From Candidatus Bathyarchaeota archaeon (GTDB taxonomy: Archaea; Thermoproteota; Bathyarchaeia; Bathyarchaeales; Bathycorpusculaceae), in the NCBI GenBank assembly GCA_963827165.1, contig CAWGZR010000003.1, positions 1 to 64,000 of the forward strand: DNA of 64,000 bases, given 5' to 3'. Numbering within the stretch: position 1 is the stretch's first letter; every line of letters starts with the position of its first letter. Made by a program: the position numbers and the translations under genes. Below, one piece after another: positions 42,027-52,205 of this stretch. The notes under the pieces were generated by a model. The model ran no database searches, was not told the origin of the DNA, and worked only from the letters and a program-made list of their open reading frames with translations.

Positions 42027-42758
42027 GTGGGCATCATGTTACACAAAATCAAAACACTAAAAGGCTACAGATTGGACAGCCTTGATGGGGAAATAGGCAG
42101 AGTCAAGGAATTCTATTTCGATGACACGTACTGGACAATTCGCTATTTGGTTGCCGACTCAGGAAATTGGCTTTCGGACAGGCTGGTGCTGATTTCCCCG
42201 CATGCGTTGCTTGCAGTGAATAAAGAAGAGCAAAACATCGCCATTAATTTAACGAAAAAACAAATCGAGGACAGTCCACCATTGAAAAGCGACAAGCCCG
42301 TCTCCCAACAATACGAGAACGCATACTATATTTATTATGGCTGGCCGACGTATTGGATGGGACCATACCCGTGGGGACCTTATCCCTACATCGTGCATAA
42401 TCGCGGTGTCTTTTCTCGGGAGGATGCTGAGAAAAAAAAGTGGGATCCCCATTTGCGCAGCACTAACGTTGTGAGTGGTTATCATATCCAAGCCTCCAAC
42501 GGCGAGATTGGTAACGTTGAAGATTTTATTGTTGAGGACGAGACGTGGGCGATTCGTTATCTTATCATCAATACACGGAACTGGTGGCCGGGAAAAGAGG
42601 TACTGGTTTCGCCGAAATTGATCGAGCAAGTTAGTTGGGATGAGCCGAAGGTCTTTGTTAATCTTACCCGCGAGGCCATCATGCAGTCACCCGAATACAC
42701 TGAGTCTCTGCTAGTAGAGGTAAAATCTGATATTCCTGTACTACACTCTGGACTATGA
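42027..42758 (+). CDS. Tandem PRC-barrel domain protein
   Basis: DGEIGRVKEFYFDD..WTIRYLV..GNW unit repeated; DPHLRS. Confidence 0.9.
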   Translation: MGIMLHKIKTLKGYRLDSLDGEIGRVKEFYFDDTYWTIRYLVADSGNWLSDRLVLISPHALLAVNKEEQNIAINLTKKQIEDSPPLKSDKPVSQQYENAYYIYYGWPTYWMGPYPWGPYPYIVHNRGVFSREDAEKKKWDPHLRSTNVVSGYHIQASNGEIGNVEDFIVEDETWAIRYLIINTRNWWPGKEVLVSPKLIEQVSWDEPKVFVNLTREAIMQSPEYTESLLVEVKSDIPVLHSGL

Positions 42759-42933
42759 GCTGCGATTACCTCAACATTACAATCATCACTATGATACAGG
42801 TGCTATAAACTTGTGTAAGTTAGTTTCATAGTATAATCTATTGGCGTGAGTGCCCTTGGGTGGAATCGTCTTTGAGAGGCACCTAAAAGTTGTTGCCTCA
42901 AACGGAGACGAGGAAATGAAATGCCCATTCAGC

Positions 42934-45747
42934 TCAAGACTTGGCCTGCCTTGCAGGGGGCGCTTGCGCCTCTTTTTCCTTTGAACTGGCGATCTTGTGC
43001 AACTGCTCGACGCGCTTATTGATCATCGAGCTCACTTTATTCCTTAGTTTATCGGGAGAGATGTTCTTGTCGCGCAATGCGGTGACCTGACTTGCCAGCG
43101 ATTTGTCTCCCAGCATCGTGAACCAGTTTTCAAAGTCTCCCTCTTCAACGTGAAACTTGACTGAAGATGGCTCGATAGTCTTCACGCTGGCGGCAAGTTC
43201 ATCCAAGCTTTTTGAGGTGACACCGAGAGGTTGCCCGTAATCCCTGTAGAAAGTGAAGGCATCGTCGGGCGTTACCGTTCTGAGCACGTTGGTTGCCTCG
43301 TTTCTTCCAATTTTCCTGCCCTCGCGATTCAGAACTTTGTATAGGCGCACTTTTGCCAAATCAGTCATAAAGAAAAATGCAAACGCGTAACCCCACACAA
43401 AAGCGGCCAGTCCCCAACCCAGCGCAGGAAGCAAAATCCCGTACACCGTAAGTATTATAGCGGTAACTTGAACAGCTATGCATGCAATAAGAAGCTGCTT
43501 AGCAGGCTTCACAGACCAAAAATGACCCTTAGTCCTCGCGACAAACACAGTCATATTTCCCGCCACTGCAAGCTTCAAGTATATGAAAGATTGAAGCACC
43601 AGTAGGTTTAGCTTCAGCACATCTAATCCGATGTAGAGAATTCCGAAAGTTGAGAATACCCCGATTACTCCAAGAAACGTCGCTACACTTAACAGATTTC
43701 GCATATCCCATTTCTCAGGTTTATCCGAGTACTTCACGTTATCATAAGCTATAGTCATAATCGGCAGGTCGTTTAGAAGAGCCAACAAAACAAGCATCAG
43801 AGCAGTGATTGGGAAAAACTTGAAAACCAGGATAGAAGCAGTCATGAAAAGCAGAATTCGTATCGTTTCAGCGATGCGGTACGTGCAATAATTCGTCATA
43901 CGCTGGAAAATCTTGCGACTCTCCTTAATCGCATCAATAATAACTGAAAGACCAGGTTTAGTCAGAACTATTGCTGCTGCCGATTTTGCAGCGTCGGTGG
44001 CGCCTTCAACAGCAATGCCGGCGTTAGCTTTCTTCAAAGCAGGCGCATCATTAACCCCATCGCCTGTCATTCCCACTATGTGTCCTTTTTCTTGAAGAAG
44101 CTCCACAATTTTGTACTTATGTTCAGGGAAGACTTCTGCAAAACCTTCCGCCGCTTCAACCACGCCTTGAGCTTCACTGTCAGACTTATCCAAAAAAGCG
44201 GCTGGCAACACAATATTGTTACCAAGGTTTACTTGACTCGAAATTTCTTTGGCAATAGCAATGTGGTCCCCAGTGACCATTTTCACGTTAACGCCCATCG
44301 ATTGAGCCGTCTTTATTGTCTGAGCAGAATCTTCCCGTGGCGGATCAAATAAACCAATTAAACCCGCAAATTGCCACTTATTCTCCTTATCAGTTCGAGC
44401 AACAGCCAACGCGCGATACCCTTTCTTAGCGAATTCATTAACATCCTCGGTCAATTTGTCGTTAATTGATTTCTTGTCCTCTATCAATGCCAGAATCGCT
44501 TGAGGCGCCCCTTTGGTAACTTTAAATTGGCTTCCATCCTCTCCTTGCACGGTTGCCTCTGTTCTCTTTATGACAGGATCAAAGGGCTTAAAACCAGTCA
44601 CTTTAATGTGCTCAATTTTAACAGCAATATCGGGTGTACTCTTGGTTTTAGTTAAAATTGCAAGGTCAATTGGATCTTTATCTTCTTCTCTTGAAGCGAG
44701 CGCACTGAAAAGTAGTACGTCGTTTTCTGTGAATTTGGCATAAGGTTTGGTTCCACCCATAGTGAGCGCGTTTTTAGTGATAGTACCTGTTTTGTCTGAG
44801 CACAGCACATCCATGCTTGCCATTTCCTCAATCGCAACCAACTTGCTCACTATCGCTTCCTTCTTAGCGAGAGCTATTGCGCCTACGGCCATCGTAACTG
44901 AGAGAACCGCGGGAAGTGCCGCAGGTATCCCCGCAACAACTAAGATCAATGCAAACTGAATGATGCCTAAGATGTTTTGACCTCGAAAAATCGAGACTAC
45001 AACGATTATTGCTACTAGTCCTATCGCTAGGAAAATCAGGTAATCGCCTATTCTGCTAATGGCTTTTTGGAAGTGGCTTGGAGTTTTGGCTATTTCTACG
45101 AGTTTGGCGGTTTTACCGAAAAAAGTTTTGGCGGCGGTGTTAACAACGAGCGCGTTCATTTCGCCCTGTTTTACAATGGAGCTTGCGTATCCAATGTCAG
45201 AGAGATGTTTCTCTACAGGAAGAGATTCGCCAGTTAATGCAGATTCATCAGTTAAAAGGTAGTCTCCCTCAATTAGTTTCACGTCGGCGGGAATGATGTC
45301 TCCTAAACGCACTCGAACAACATCGCCTGGCACCAGTTTTTCCGCCGGTGTTTCCTGCCATTTTCCGTCTCGCAGAACTCGTGCTTTTAGGGCTAGTCTT
45401 TTCTTTAGCTGTTCTATGGCGTCTCCTGCTTTGCGTTCCTGCAAGGATCCGACTGTGGCGTTTACCAGTAATAGAGCTAAAATTATTGCAAAATCAGCCC
45501 AGCTGTGGATGACTGCAGACATTACTACTGCTGCTTCTATCATCCATGGAATTGGACCCCAAAAATAGCGAAGAAACTTTAGAAGCGGGTTAACTTTTTT
45601 CTCCTGAATCTCATTAGGACCATATTGCACAAGTCGTTTTTCAGCTTCTGAGGAAGAAAGACCCCCCTTGCCCGCCGAAAGCTTACTTAATAGTTCATCA
45701 ACATTGGCTTTCTTTGCCTCTTCTGTAGTTAAGGAGTCTTGACTCAT
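42934..45747 (-). CDS. P-type (IIIA) H+-ATPase, copy 2, with C-terminal DUF5752-like domain
   Basis: Same core motifs as copy 1; extra tail AFTFY...SLDEL...I...SVKFH...GDFENW. Confidence 0.92.
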   Translation of the reverse strand: MSQDSLTTEEAKKANVDELLSKLSAGKGGLSSSEAEKRLVQYGPNEIQEKKVNPLLKFLRYFWGPIPWMIEAAVVMSAVIHSWADFAIILALLLVNATVGSLQERKAGDAIEQLKKRLALKARVLRDGKWQETPAEKLVPGDVVRVRLGDIIPADVKLIEGDYLLTDESALTGESLPVEKHLSDIGYASSIVKQGEMNALVVNTAAKTFFGKTAKLVEIAKTPSHFQKAISRIGDYLIFLAIGLVAIIVVVSIFRGQNILGIIQFALILVVAGIPAALPAVLSVTMAVGAIALAKKEAIVSKLVAIEEMASMDVLCSDKTGTITKNALTMGGTKPYAKFTENDVLLFSALASREEDKDPIDLAILTKTKSTPDIAVKIEHIKVTGFKPFDPVIKRTEATVQGEDGSQFKVTKGAPQAILALIEDKKSINDKLTEDVNEFAKKGYRALAVARTDKENKWQFAGLIGLFDPPREDSAQTIKTAQSMGVNVKMVTGDHIAIAKEISSQVNLGNNIVLPAAFLDKSDSEAQGVVEAAEGFAEVFPEHKYKIVELLQEKGHIVGMTGDGVNDAPALKKANAGIAVEGATDAAKSAAAIVLTKPGLSVIIDAIKESRKIFQRMTNYCTYRIAETIRILLFMTASILVFKFFPITALMLVLLALLNDLPIMTIAYDNVKYSDKPEKWDMRNLLSVATFLGVIGVFSTFGILYIGLDVLKLNLLVLQSFIYLKLAVAGNMTVFVARTKGHFWSVKPAKQLLIACIAVQVTAIILTVYGILLPALGWGLAAFVWGYAFAFFFMTDLAKVRLYKVLNREGRKIGRNEATNVLRTVTPDDAFTFYRDYGQPLGVTSKSLDELAASVKTIEPSSVKFHVEEGDFENWFTMLGDKSLASQVTALRDKNISPDKLRNKVSSMINKRVEQLHKIASSKEKEAQAPPARQAKS

Positions 45748-47066
45748 TCATTGACGCTCTTTATCAGTTTTGTCATTTCCTTCTTGAGCTCGTCAAGTCT
45801 TTTTTGGTCTCGTGCCTCTATCGATAAGCGGAGTATTGGTGATGTATTTGATGCTCTGATCAGAGCCCACGAATCTGGAAAAACAATTTTGACGCCGTCG
45901 ATGGTGTCTGTGTTTTTATATGTTTTCAATGCCTTTTCTTTTATCTTATTGATGACTTGAAACTTCGTTTCGTCAGAGCACTTTATTTCGATTCTTTCGA
46001 AAAGTCTTGAGGGCAGCTCTTTCACGGCTTCTGACAGCTTCTGCCCCATCTTAGAGACTATTTCTGCCATGTACATACTATTTATTATTGCATCGTCGAA
46101 CCAGAAGAACTTTGGAACACATATGTGCCCAGATTCTTCAACACCAATAACCGCGTTATGTTTCTTGGTTTCCTGCACCAAAAACGTGTGCCCAACTGGT
46201 ACTCGAAACACTTTTTCCCCATATTTCTTAACCTCGTCCTCTATAATGTCTGAGCATTCTATGTTGGCGACGACAGGGCCTCTCTGAGTTTTCATTATGT
46301 CCCTGATGAAGAGGATTGCACTTTGCTCGGTCGCGATGACTTTGCCTGTGTCATCAACGAAAATGGCTCTGTCGCCATCGCCATCAAACGCTATTCCAAG
46401 ATCTGCCTTCTCGGTCACAACCTTCTTGCAGAGAGCGGTCAAGGCTTCAGGTTTCGGTTCGGGGTCTCTGTTCGAGAACTTCGGGTCGGGCCAATCAAAA
46501 AGGAAAGTGGCTTTGACACCGATTTTCTTGAGTATCTTCGGTACCAGTAAGCATGCGGCTCCGTTTCCGAAGTCAGCGACCACGCCTATTTTCTCTGGTT
46601 TTATTTTTTCAGCCACGAAATTAGCGTATGCTGCGTCCATCCCCTCGAGCGGTTTTGCTGTTCCTGTGCCTGTTTTGAATTTTTCTGAGGCGCTTATTTC
46701 TCCCAGTTTTTTGTTTTCGTCTTCGAAGAAGCCGACTCCGTCTTGATGGAAGAATTTGACGCCGTTCCACTCCGCCGGGAGATGGGAAGCGGTTATGTAG
46801 GCGGTTGCGTTGTTTTTCATTTTCCAGTTTGCAAAGACGCAGAGACTCGCAGGGCAGGTTCCGATCAGATTTGCGTTTGACCCGGTTTTTTTTAATCCTG
46901 TAACGAACGCTTCTTCAAGTTGGGCTCCGTGTTCTCTGAAGTCTCTTCCAATGGTGAAGGTGCCGGGGCACAAAGTTCCGGCTGCCTGACCTATTCGGGT
47001 CATAATCTCTTCCGTCAAGTCTTTACCGTAAATTCCTCGTATGTCGTAAGCTCTAAAAATACTCAT
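45744..47066 (-). CDS. Phosphoglucomutase/phosphomannomutase
   Basis: IFRAYDIRG, ITASH, DGDGDR, EESGH, RASNT. Confidence 0.93.
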   Translation of the reverse strand: MSIFRAYDIRGIYGKDLTEEIMTRIGQAAGTLCPGTFTIGRDFREHGAQLEEAFVTGLKKTGSNANLIGTCPASLCVFANWKMKNNATAYITASHLPAEWNGVKFFHQDGVGFFEDENKKLGEISASEKFKTGTGTAKPLEGMDAAYANFVAEKIKPEKIGVVADFGNGAACLLVPKILKKIGVKATFLFDWPDPKFSNRDPEPKPEALTALCKKVVTEKADLGIAFDGDGDRAIFVDDTGKVIATEQSAILFIRDIMKTQRGPVVANIECSDIIEDEVKKYGEKVFRVPVGHTFLVQETKKHNAVIGVEESGHICVPKFFWFDDAIINSMYMAEIVSKMGQKLSEAVKELPSRLFERIEIKCSDETKFQVINKIKEKALKTYKNTDTIDGVKIVFPDSWALIRASNTSPILRLSIEARDQKRLDELKKEMTKLIKSVNE

Positions 47067-47545
47067 TTTCTGTCACACCCTTTTCTTTGGTTCAAATTGC
47101 TGAAGCCGCTTTTCGGGTTCTGAAAAAGTGAGACTAAGCGGATTCGCGCGCGCTATTCCATAAACAGGATCCTTAACAGACATAAAAACAAAAGCCTCGC
47201 TGTGATAAAGTGCCACCTTCACCAATAATTAGCTTTCGTTCAGACAAAAAACGCCTTTTAAAACGATTTATTGTTTGAGTTCAGCTGAGAACACCGTGTG
47301 AAACAAGTCTTCTGCGCGCGCGGCCATGCTTACAACTTCCGAGCCACTCTACATAGAGGATAGTTAAACTCTGCTTATAAAATAATTCATAGTACTAAAA
47401 AATAAAAATGACCTCTTCGGCCTAATCAAAAACAGACGGAAAAAGAGATTGTGATTCAATCTTGATGACGCAAGCGGTATGTTAAAAAATTGGCGCACCC
47501 TTAAGTGTAATTCAGAGATGAACTTTTGGAGAATGGTGAGTTTAA

Positions 47546-48565
<1,020 letters not shown>

Positions 48566-49129
48566 TCGAGCACCGCTTAGCACCGCTTAAACTTTAAAAA
48601 CCCTCAAATTTTTCTTTTGCCAGAAACTTGAAAGTCTTGAACAGATTGAAGAGCATTGGCGAGCAGGTAAGCATCCGCGGGAAATGGCTGAGAAATAAGC
48701 TAAGTTTCCTTGCTATCATACAGTGTTCCAGATTTTCATCCATGAATGTTTCGTCAATTCAATCGCGATACATTCACACCAAAGGACCATTTGCTGAGGA
48801 GAGTCTGGATGCTGAGACATAGTGCCCTTTTTTTGGCAGACTAAAAGGTACGTGCCTTTACAGATTAAGCTTGGCGCGCGCCGCGCTTTATCTTCTCATT
48901 TCACTTATTACAGACTTCTTGTTTCCAGAGGCTAAAGTTAGCTCTTCCATTCCAAAGTGTAATCTGCTAGCTGTATTATTTGAAACGGTTAGGCTTGCAG
49001 TAATCACGGAATTATCTGAACTGCTTTCTTGTTGTTTTTTAGGAATTTTATTGGGCAGTACGCGTAAAGTTTGCAAAAGAATATATTAACTGCTTTCAAG
49101 CTTCTGGAAAAATCTGGAGATAATAGAAA

Positions 49130-49312
49130 GTGGTTAAAATAATTGTCAACAACGATACTTGTACCGGATGCGAAAACTGCGTAAACACTTGCCCTGTAAG
49201 CGTCTACGAAATGAAGAACGGCAAATCGGTCCCAGTCAAAATAGATGATTGCTTAGTCTGCAGAGCATGCGAAGCCCAATGCCCAACTGGTTCAATTCAA
49301 GTAATTGAATAG
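49130..49312 (+). CDS. 2x[4Fe-4S] ferredoxin
   Basis: CTGCENCVNTCP and CLVCRACEAQCP. Confidence 0.92.
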   Translation: MVKIIVNNDTCTGCENCVNTCPVSVYEMKNGKSVPVKIDDCLVCRACEAQCPTGSIQVIE

Positions 49313-49600
49313 TGCCAACACGCCTCCTTTCTTCAGTACACGCATCGAACATTTCTCGTTTATCAGTACATCAAATAGTTATATCTCGAATTTCAAAGGT
49401 TAAGCTGATAGTCAAAGCAAATCCTAAGCAATCCACAATCTTCTAATAACTTGTTTCCTCTTTCTCCGTCCAAGGTTTATCAATTTGGACATCAGGCTTC
49501 ATGTTTTTAACAAAACCTGTTTAGCAGATATTGAGAATGTTGGCAAGGGCTTAACTAAATAATAGGTAAGTAATAGCTATTGTTGGAGTAGGAGAATGTA

Positions 49601-52060
49601 ATGGAAAAGAAGTATAGATACATACGGTTCTTCAAGGAAATCGGGGTTGATGACGTAGCTCTAGTAGGAGGCAAAACATCTTCCCTGGGTGAACTGTATC
49701 GCAAGCTAACTCCGCAGGGAGTAAAAGTACCTAATGGCTTTGCCATAACTGCGCAGGCCTATCGTTACATTCTTGATAAGGCCAATGCCTGGGATGCCCT
49801 CCACAAAACAATGGAAGGTATTAATCCGGCTAATATGACAGACCTGTCAAACCGTGGAAAAGAAGCACGGGCGATTATCTATGGGGCTCCCTTCCCCGAC
49901 GACTTGAGGCAAGAGATACTCCAGGCCTACCACACTCTTCAGGACGAGTATGGGCATGACCTGAGCGTAGCAGTGCGCAGCTCTGCCACCGCAGAGGACT
50001 TGCCCAACGTCAGCTTTGCTGGTCAGCATGAGAGCTACCTAAACATATACGGTGATGAGTTGCTCATAGATTCCTGCAAACGTTGCTTTGCCAGCCTTTT
50101 TACCGACCGCGCCATTCATTACCGAATTGACCAAGGCTTCGATCACTTCAAGGTATACCTCTCCATTGCAGTCATGAAGATGGTTCGTTCGGATTTGGCC
50201 GCAAGCGGCGTCATATTCTCATTAGACACGGAGTCAGGCTTCCGAGACGTGGTATTCATAACCGGCGCCTATGGACTCGGCGAGAATATGGTTCAGGGCG
50301 CGGTGGATCCGGACGAGTTCTATGTCTTCAAACCAACTCTGGAGCAAGGTTACCGAAAGATCCTGCGGCGCGTACTCGGAAACAAAGAAATCAAGATGGT
50401 TTACCGCGAAGGAGGGACCCGTGAAGCCACCCACAACATTCCTACACCCCAAGCTGACCGCGAGCATTTCTGCATCTCCGACGAAGAGGCACTCATCTTG
50501 GCGGACTACGCGGTAAAAGTAGAAAAGCACTACACGCTGAAAGCGGGACATCCTTTGCCCATGGATATGGAATGGGCAAAAGATGGCAAAGATGGACAGC
50601 TTTACATGGTCCAAGCACGACCCGAAACTGTTATCTCGCAAAGGCAAGTAAGCATGCTTGAAGAGTATGTGCTTCAGGGCACTGGAAAGGTTTTGGCGAC
50701 GGGCCGCTCCGTTGGCGAAAAAATTGCCAGCGGTACAGCTCACAAAATTTTAGACACAGTTCACCTTTCTGAATTTAAGCCCGGGGAAGTCTTGGTGGCC
50801 GATACCACATCTCCTGACTGGGAACCCATAATGAAAACAGCGGCAGCCATTGTCACTAACCGGGGCGGACGCACATGCCATGCGGCAATAGTTAGCCGTG
50901 AGCTGGGCATACCCGCGGTAGTTGGAGCTGAAAACGCTACAACAAATATCCCGAGCGGGGAAAAAGTTACTGTCTCTTGTGCTGAGGGAGATGTTGGCAA
51001 GGTGTACCAAGGCGAGATTCCCTTTGTGGTGAACAAAACAGACCTCAGCTCTCTGAAACAGCCCAACACCGAGATAATGATTAACCTGGGTAATCCAGAA
51101 CTGGCCTTCAAAACAAGCTTTATCCCTAATGATGGGATAGGCTTGGCCCGCATGGAGTTTATTATCAGTGAATACATCAAAATCCACCCTATGGCTCTTG
51201 TACATCCCGAACGTGTAACCGATACCAAGGAACGTTCAGCCATCGATCGTATCACCCAAGGTTATAGCCAGCCCGCTGCATTCTTTATCGAACGCCTTTC
51301 AGAGGGTGTAGGCACTATTGCCGCGGCTTTTTACCCGAAACCAGTAGTAGTGCGTATGTCTGACTTTAAGAGCAATGAGTACGCGAGTCTTTTGGGCGGG
51401 AAATTCTTTGAGCCTGCTGAGAACAATCCGATGCTGGGTTTTCGTGGGGCATCGCGCTATGCTCACCCCGATTATGTTGAGGGCTTCGCGCTTGAATGTG
51501 CGGCTATGAAACGGGTTCGAGACGAGATGGGGCTTACCAATGTTAAGCTCATGATTCCCTTCTGTCGGCGAGTTGAGGAAGCCGCTAAGGTAATTGGGAA
51601 AATGGCGGAATTTGGTTTGGAGCGTGGCAAAAATGGCCTCGAAATCTATGTTATGTGTGAAATCCCAAATAATGTCATTCAGATCGATGCCTTTGCCAAG
51701 CATTTCGACGGTTTCTCAATTGGTTCCAATGATCTTGCCCAGCTTGTGCTGGGGGTGGATCGCGACTCCGCAATCGTGGCTTTTGACTATGACGAGCGTG
51801 ACGTCGGAGTAAAAGAAATGATCCGGCTCTCAGTCGAAGGTTGTAAGCGTAACAAGCGGCACTCGGGGCTCTGTGGCCAGGCCCCCTCGGACTATCCGGA
51901 GATGGCCGAGTACCTAGTTGAGCTCGGCATAGACTCCATAAGTCTCAATCCTGATGCTGTGCTTAAAACCATCTTACATGTGCTGGAAATCGAAAAAAGA
52001 CTTGGCCGCAAACAACGAGATGAGAAACAGGCAAAAATCTCAACCGAGAAAGCGACTTGA
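49601..52060 (+). CDS. ppsA: Phosphoenolpyruvate synthase
   Basis: VGGK, AVRSSATAED, QARPET, GGRTCHAAI, GLARMEF, MCEIP, SIGSNDL, CGQAPSD. Confidence 0.96.
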   Translation: MEKKYRYIRFFKEIGVDDVALVGGKTSSLGELYRKLTPQGVKVPNGFAITAQAYRYILDKANAWDALHKTMEGINPANMTDLSNRGKEARAIIYGAPFPDDLRQEILQAYHTLQDEYGHDLSVAVRSSATAEDLPNVSFAGQHESYLNIYGDELLIDSCKRCFASLFTDRAIHYRIDQGFDHFKVYLSIAVMKMVRSDLAASGVIFSLDTESGFRDVVFITGAYGLGENMVQGAVDPDEFYVFKPTLEQGYRKILRRVLGNKEIKMVYREGGTREATHNIPTPQADREHFCISDEEALILADYAVKVEKHYTLKAGHPLPMDMEWAKDGKDGQLYMVQARPETVISQRQVSMLEEYVLQGTGKVLATGRSVGEKIASGTAHKILDTVHLSEFKPGEVLVADTTSPDWEPIMKTAAAIVTNRGGRTCHAAIVSRELGIPAVVGAENATTNIPSGEKVTVSCAEGDVGKVYQGEIPFVVNKTDLSSLKQPNTEIMINLGNPELAFKTSFIPNDGIGLARMEFIISEYIKIHPMALVHPERVTDTKERSAIDRITQGYSQPAAFFIERLSEGVGTIAAAFYPKPVVVRMSDFKSNEYASLLGGKFFEPAENNPMLGFRGASRYAHPDYVEGFALECAAMKRVRDEMGLTNVKLMIPFCRRVEEAAKVIGKMAEFGLERGKNGLEIYVMCEIPNNVIQIDAFAKHFDGFSIGSNDLAQLVLGVDRDSAIVAFDYDERDVGVKEMIRLSVEGCKRNKRHSGLCGQAPSDYPEMAEYLVELGIDSISLNPDAVLKTILHVLEIEKRLGRKQRDEKQAKISTEKAT

Positions 52061-52090
52061 GGCATAACAGGATAGGGACTGGGGGAGAAT

Positions 52091-52126
52091 ATGAAAAGAA
52101 TAGCAATTAACGGACTGGGGCGTATA
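52091..52126 (+). pseudogene. GAPDH 5' remnant
   Basis: RBS GGAG then MKRIAINGLGRI, after which similarity stops. Confidence 0.7.
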
Positions 52127-52205
52127 GCTCATGGATACCTTTCGGCTTGTTGCTTTGTTGACGAAAATGAAAATATTTTAAGACCTGAGAATGGGCTAAG
52201 AGCCT

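Noticed and set aside
42860-42912. Long hairpin (GAGGCA...TGCCTC) between convergent genes
   Set aside because: Single copy; adequately explained as a terminator-like structure.
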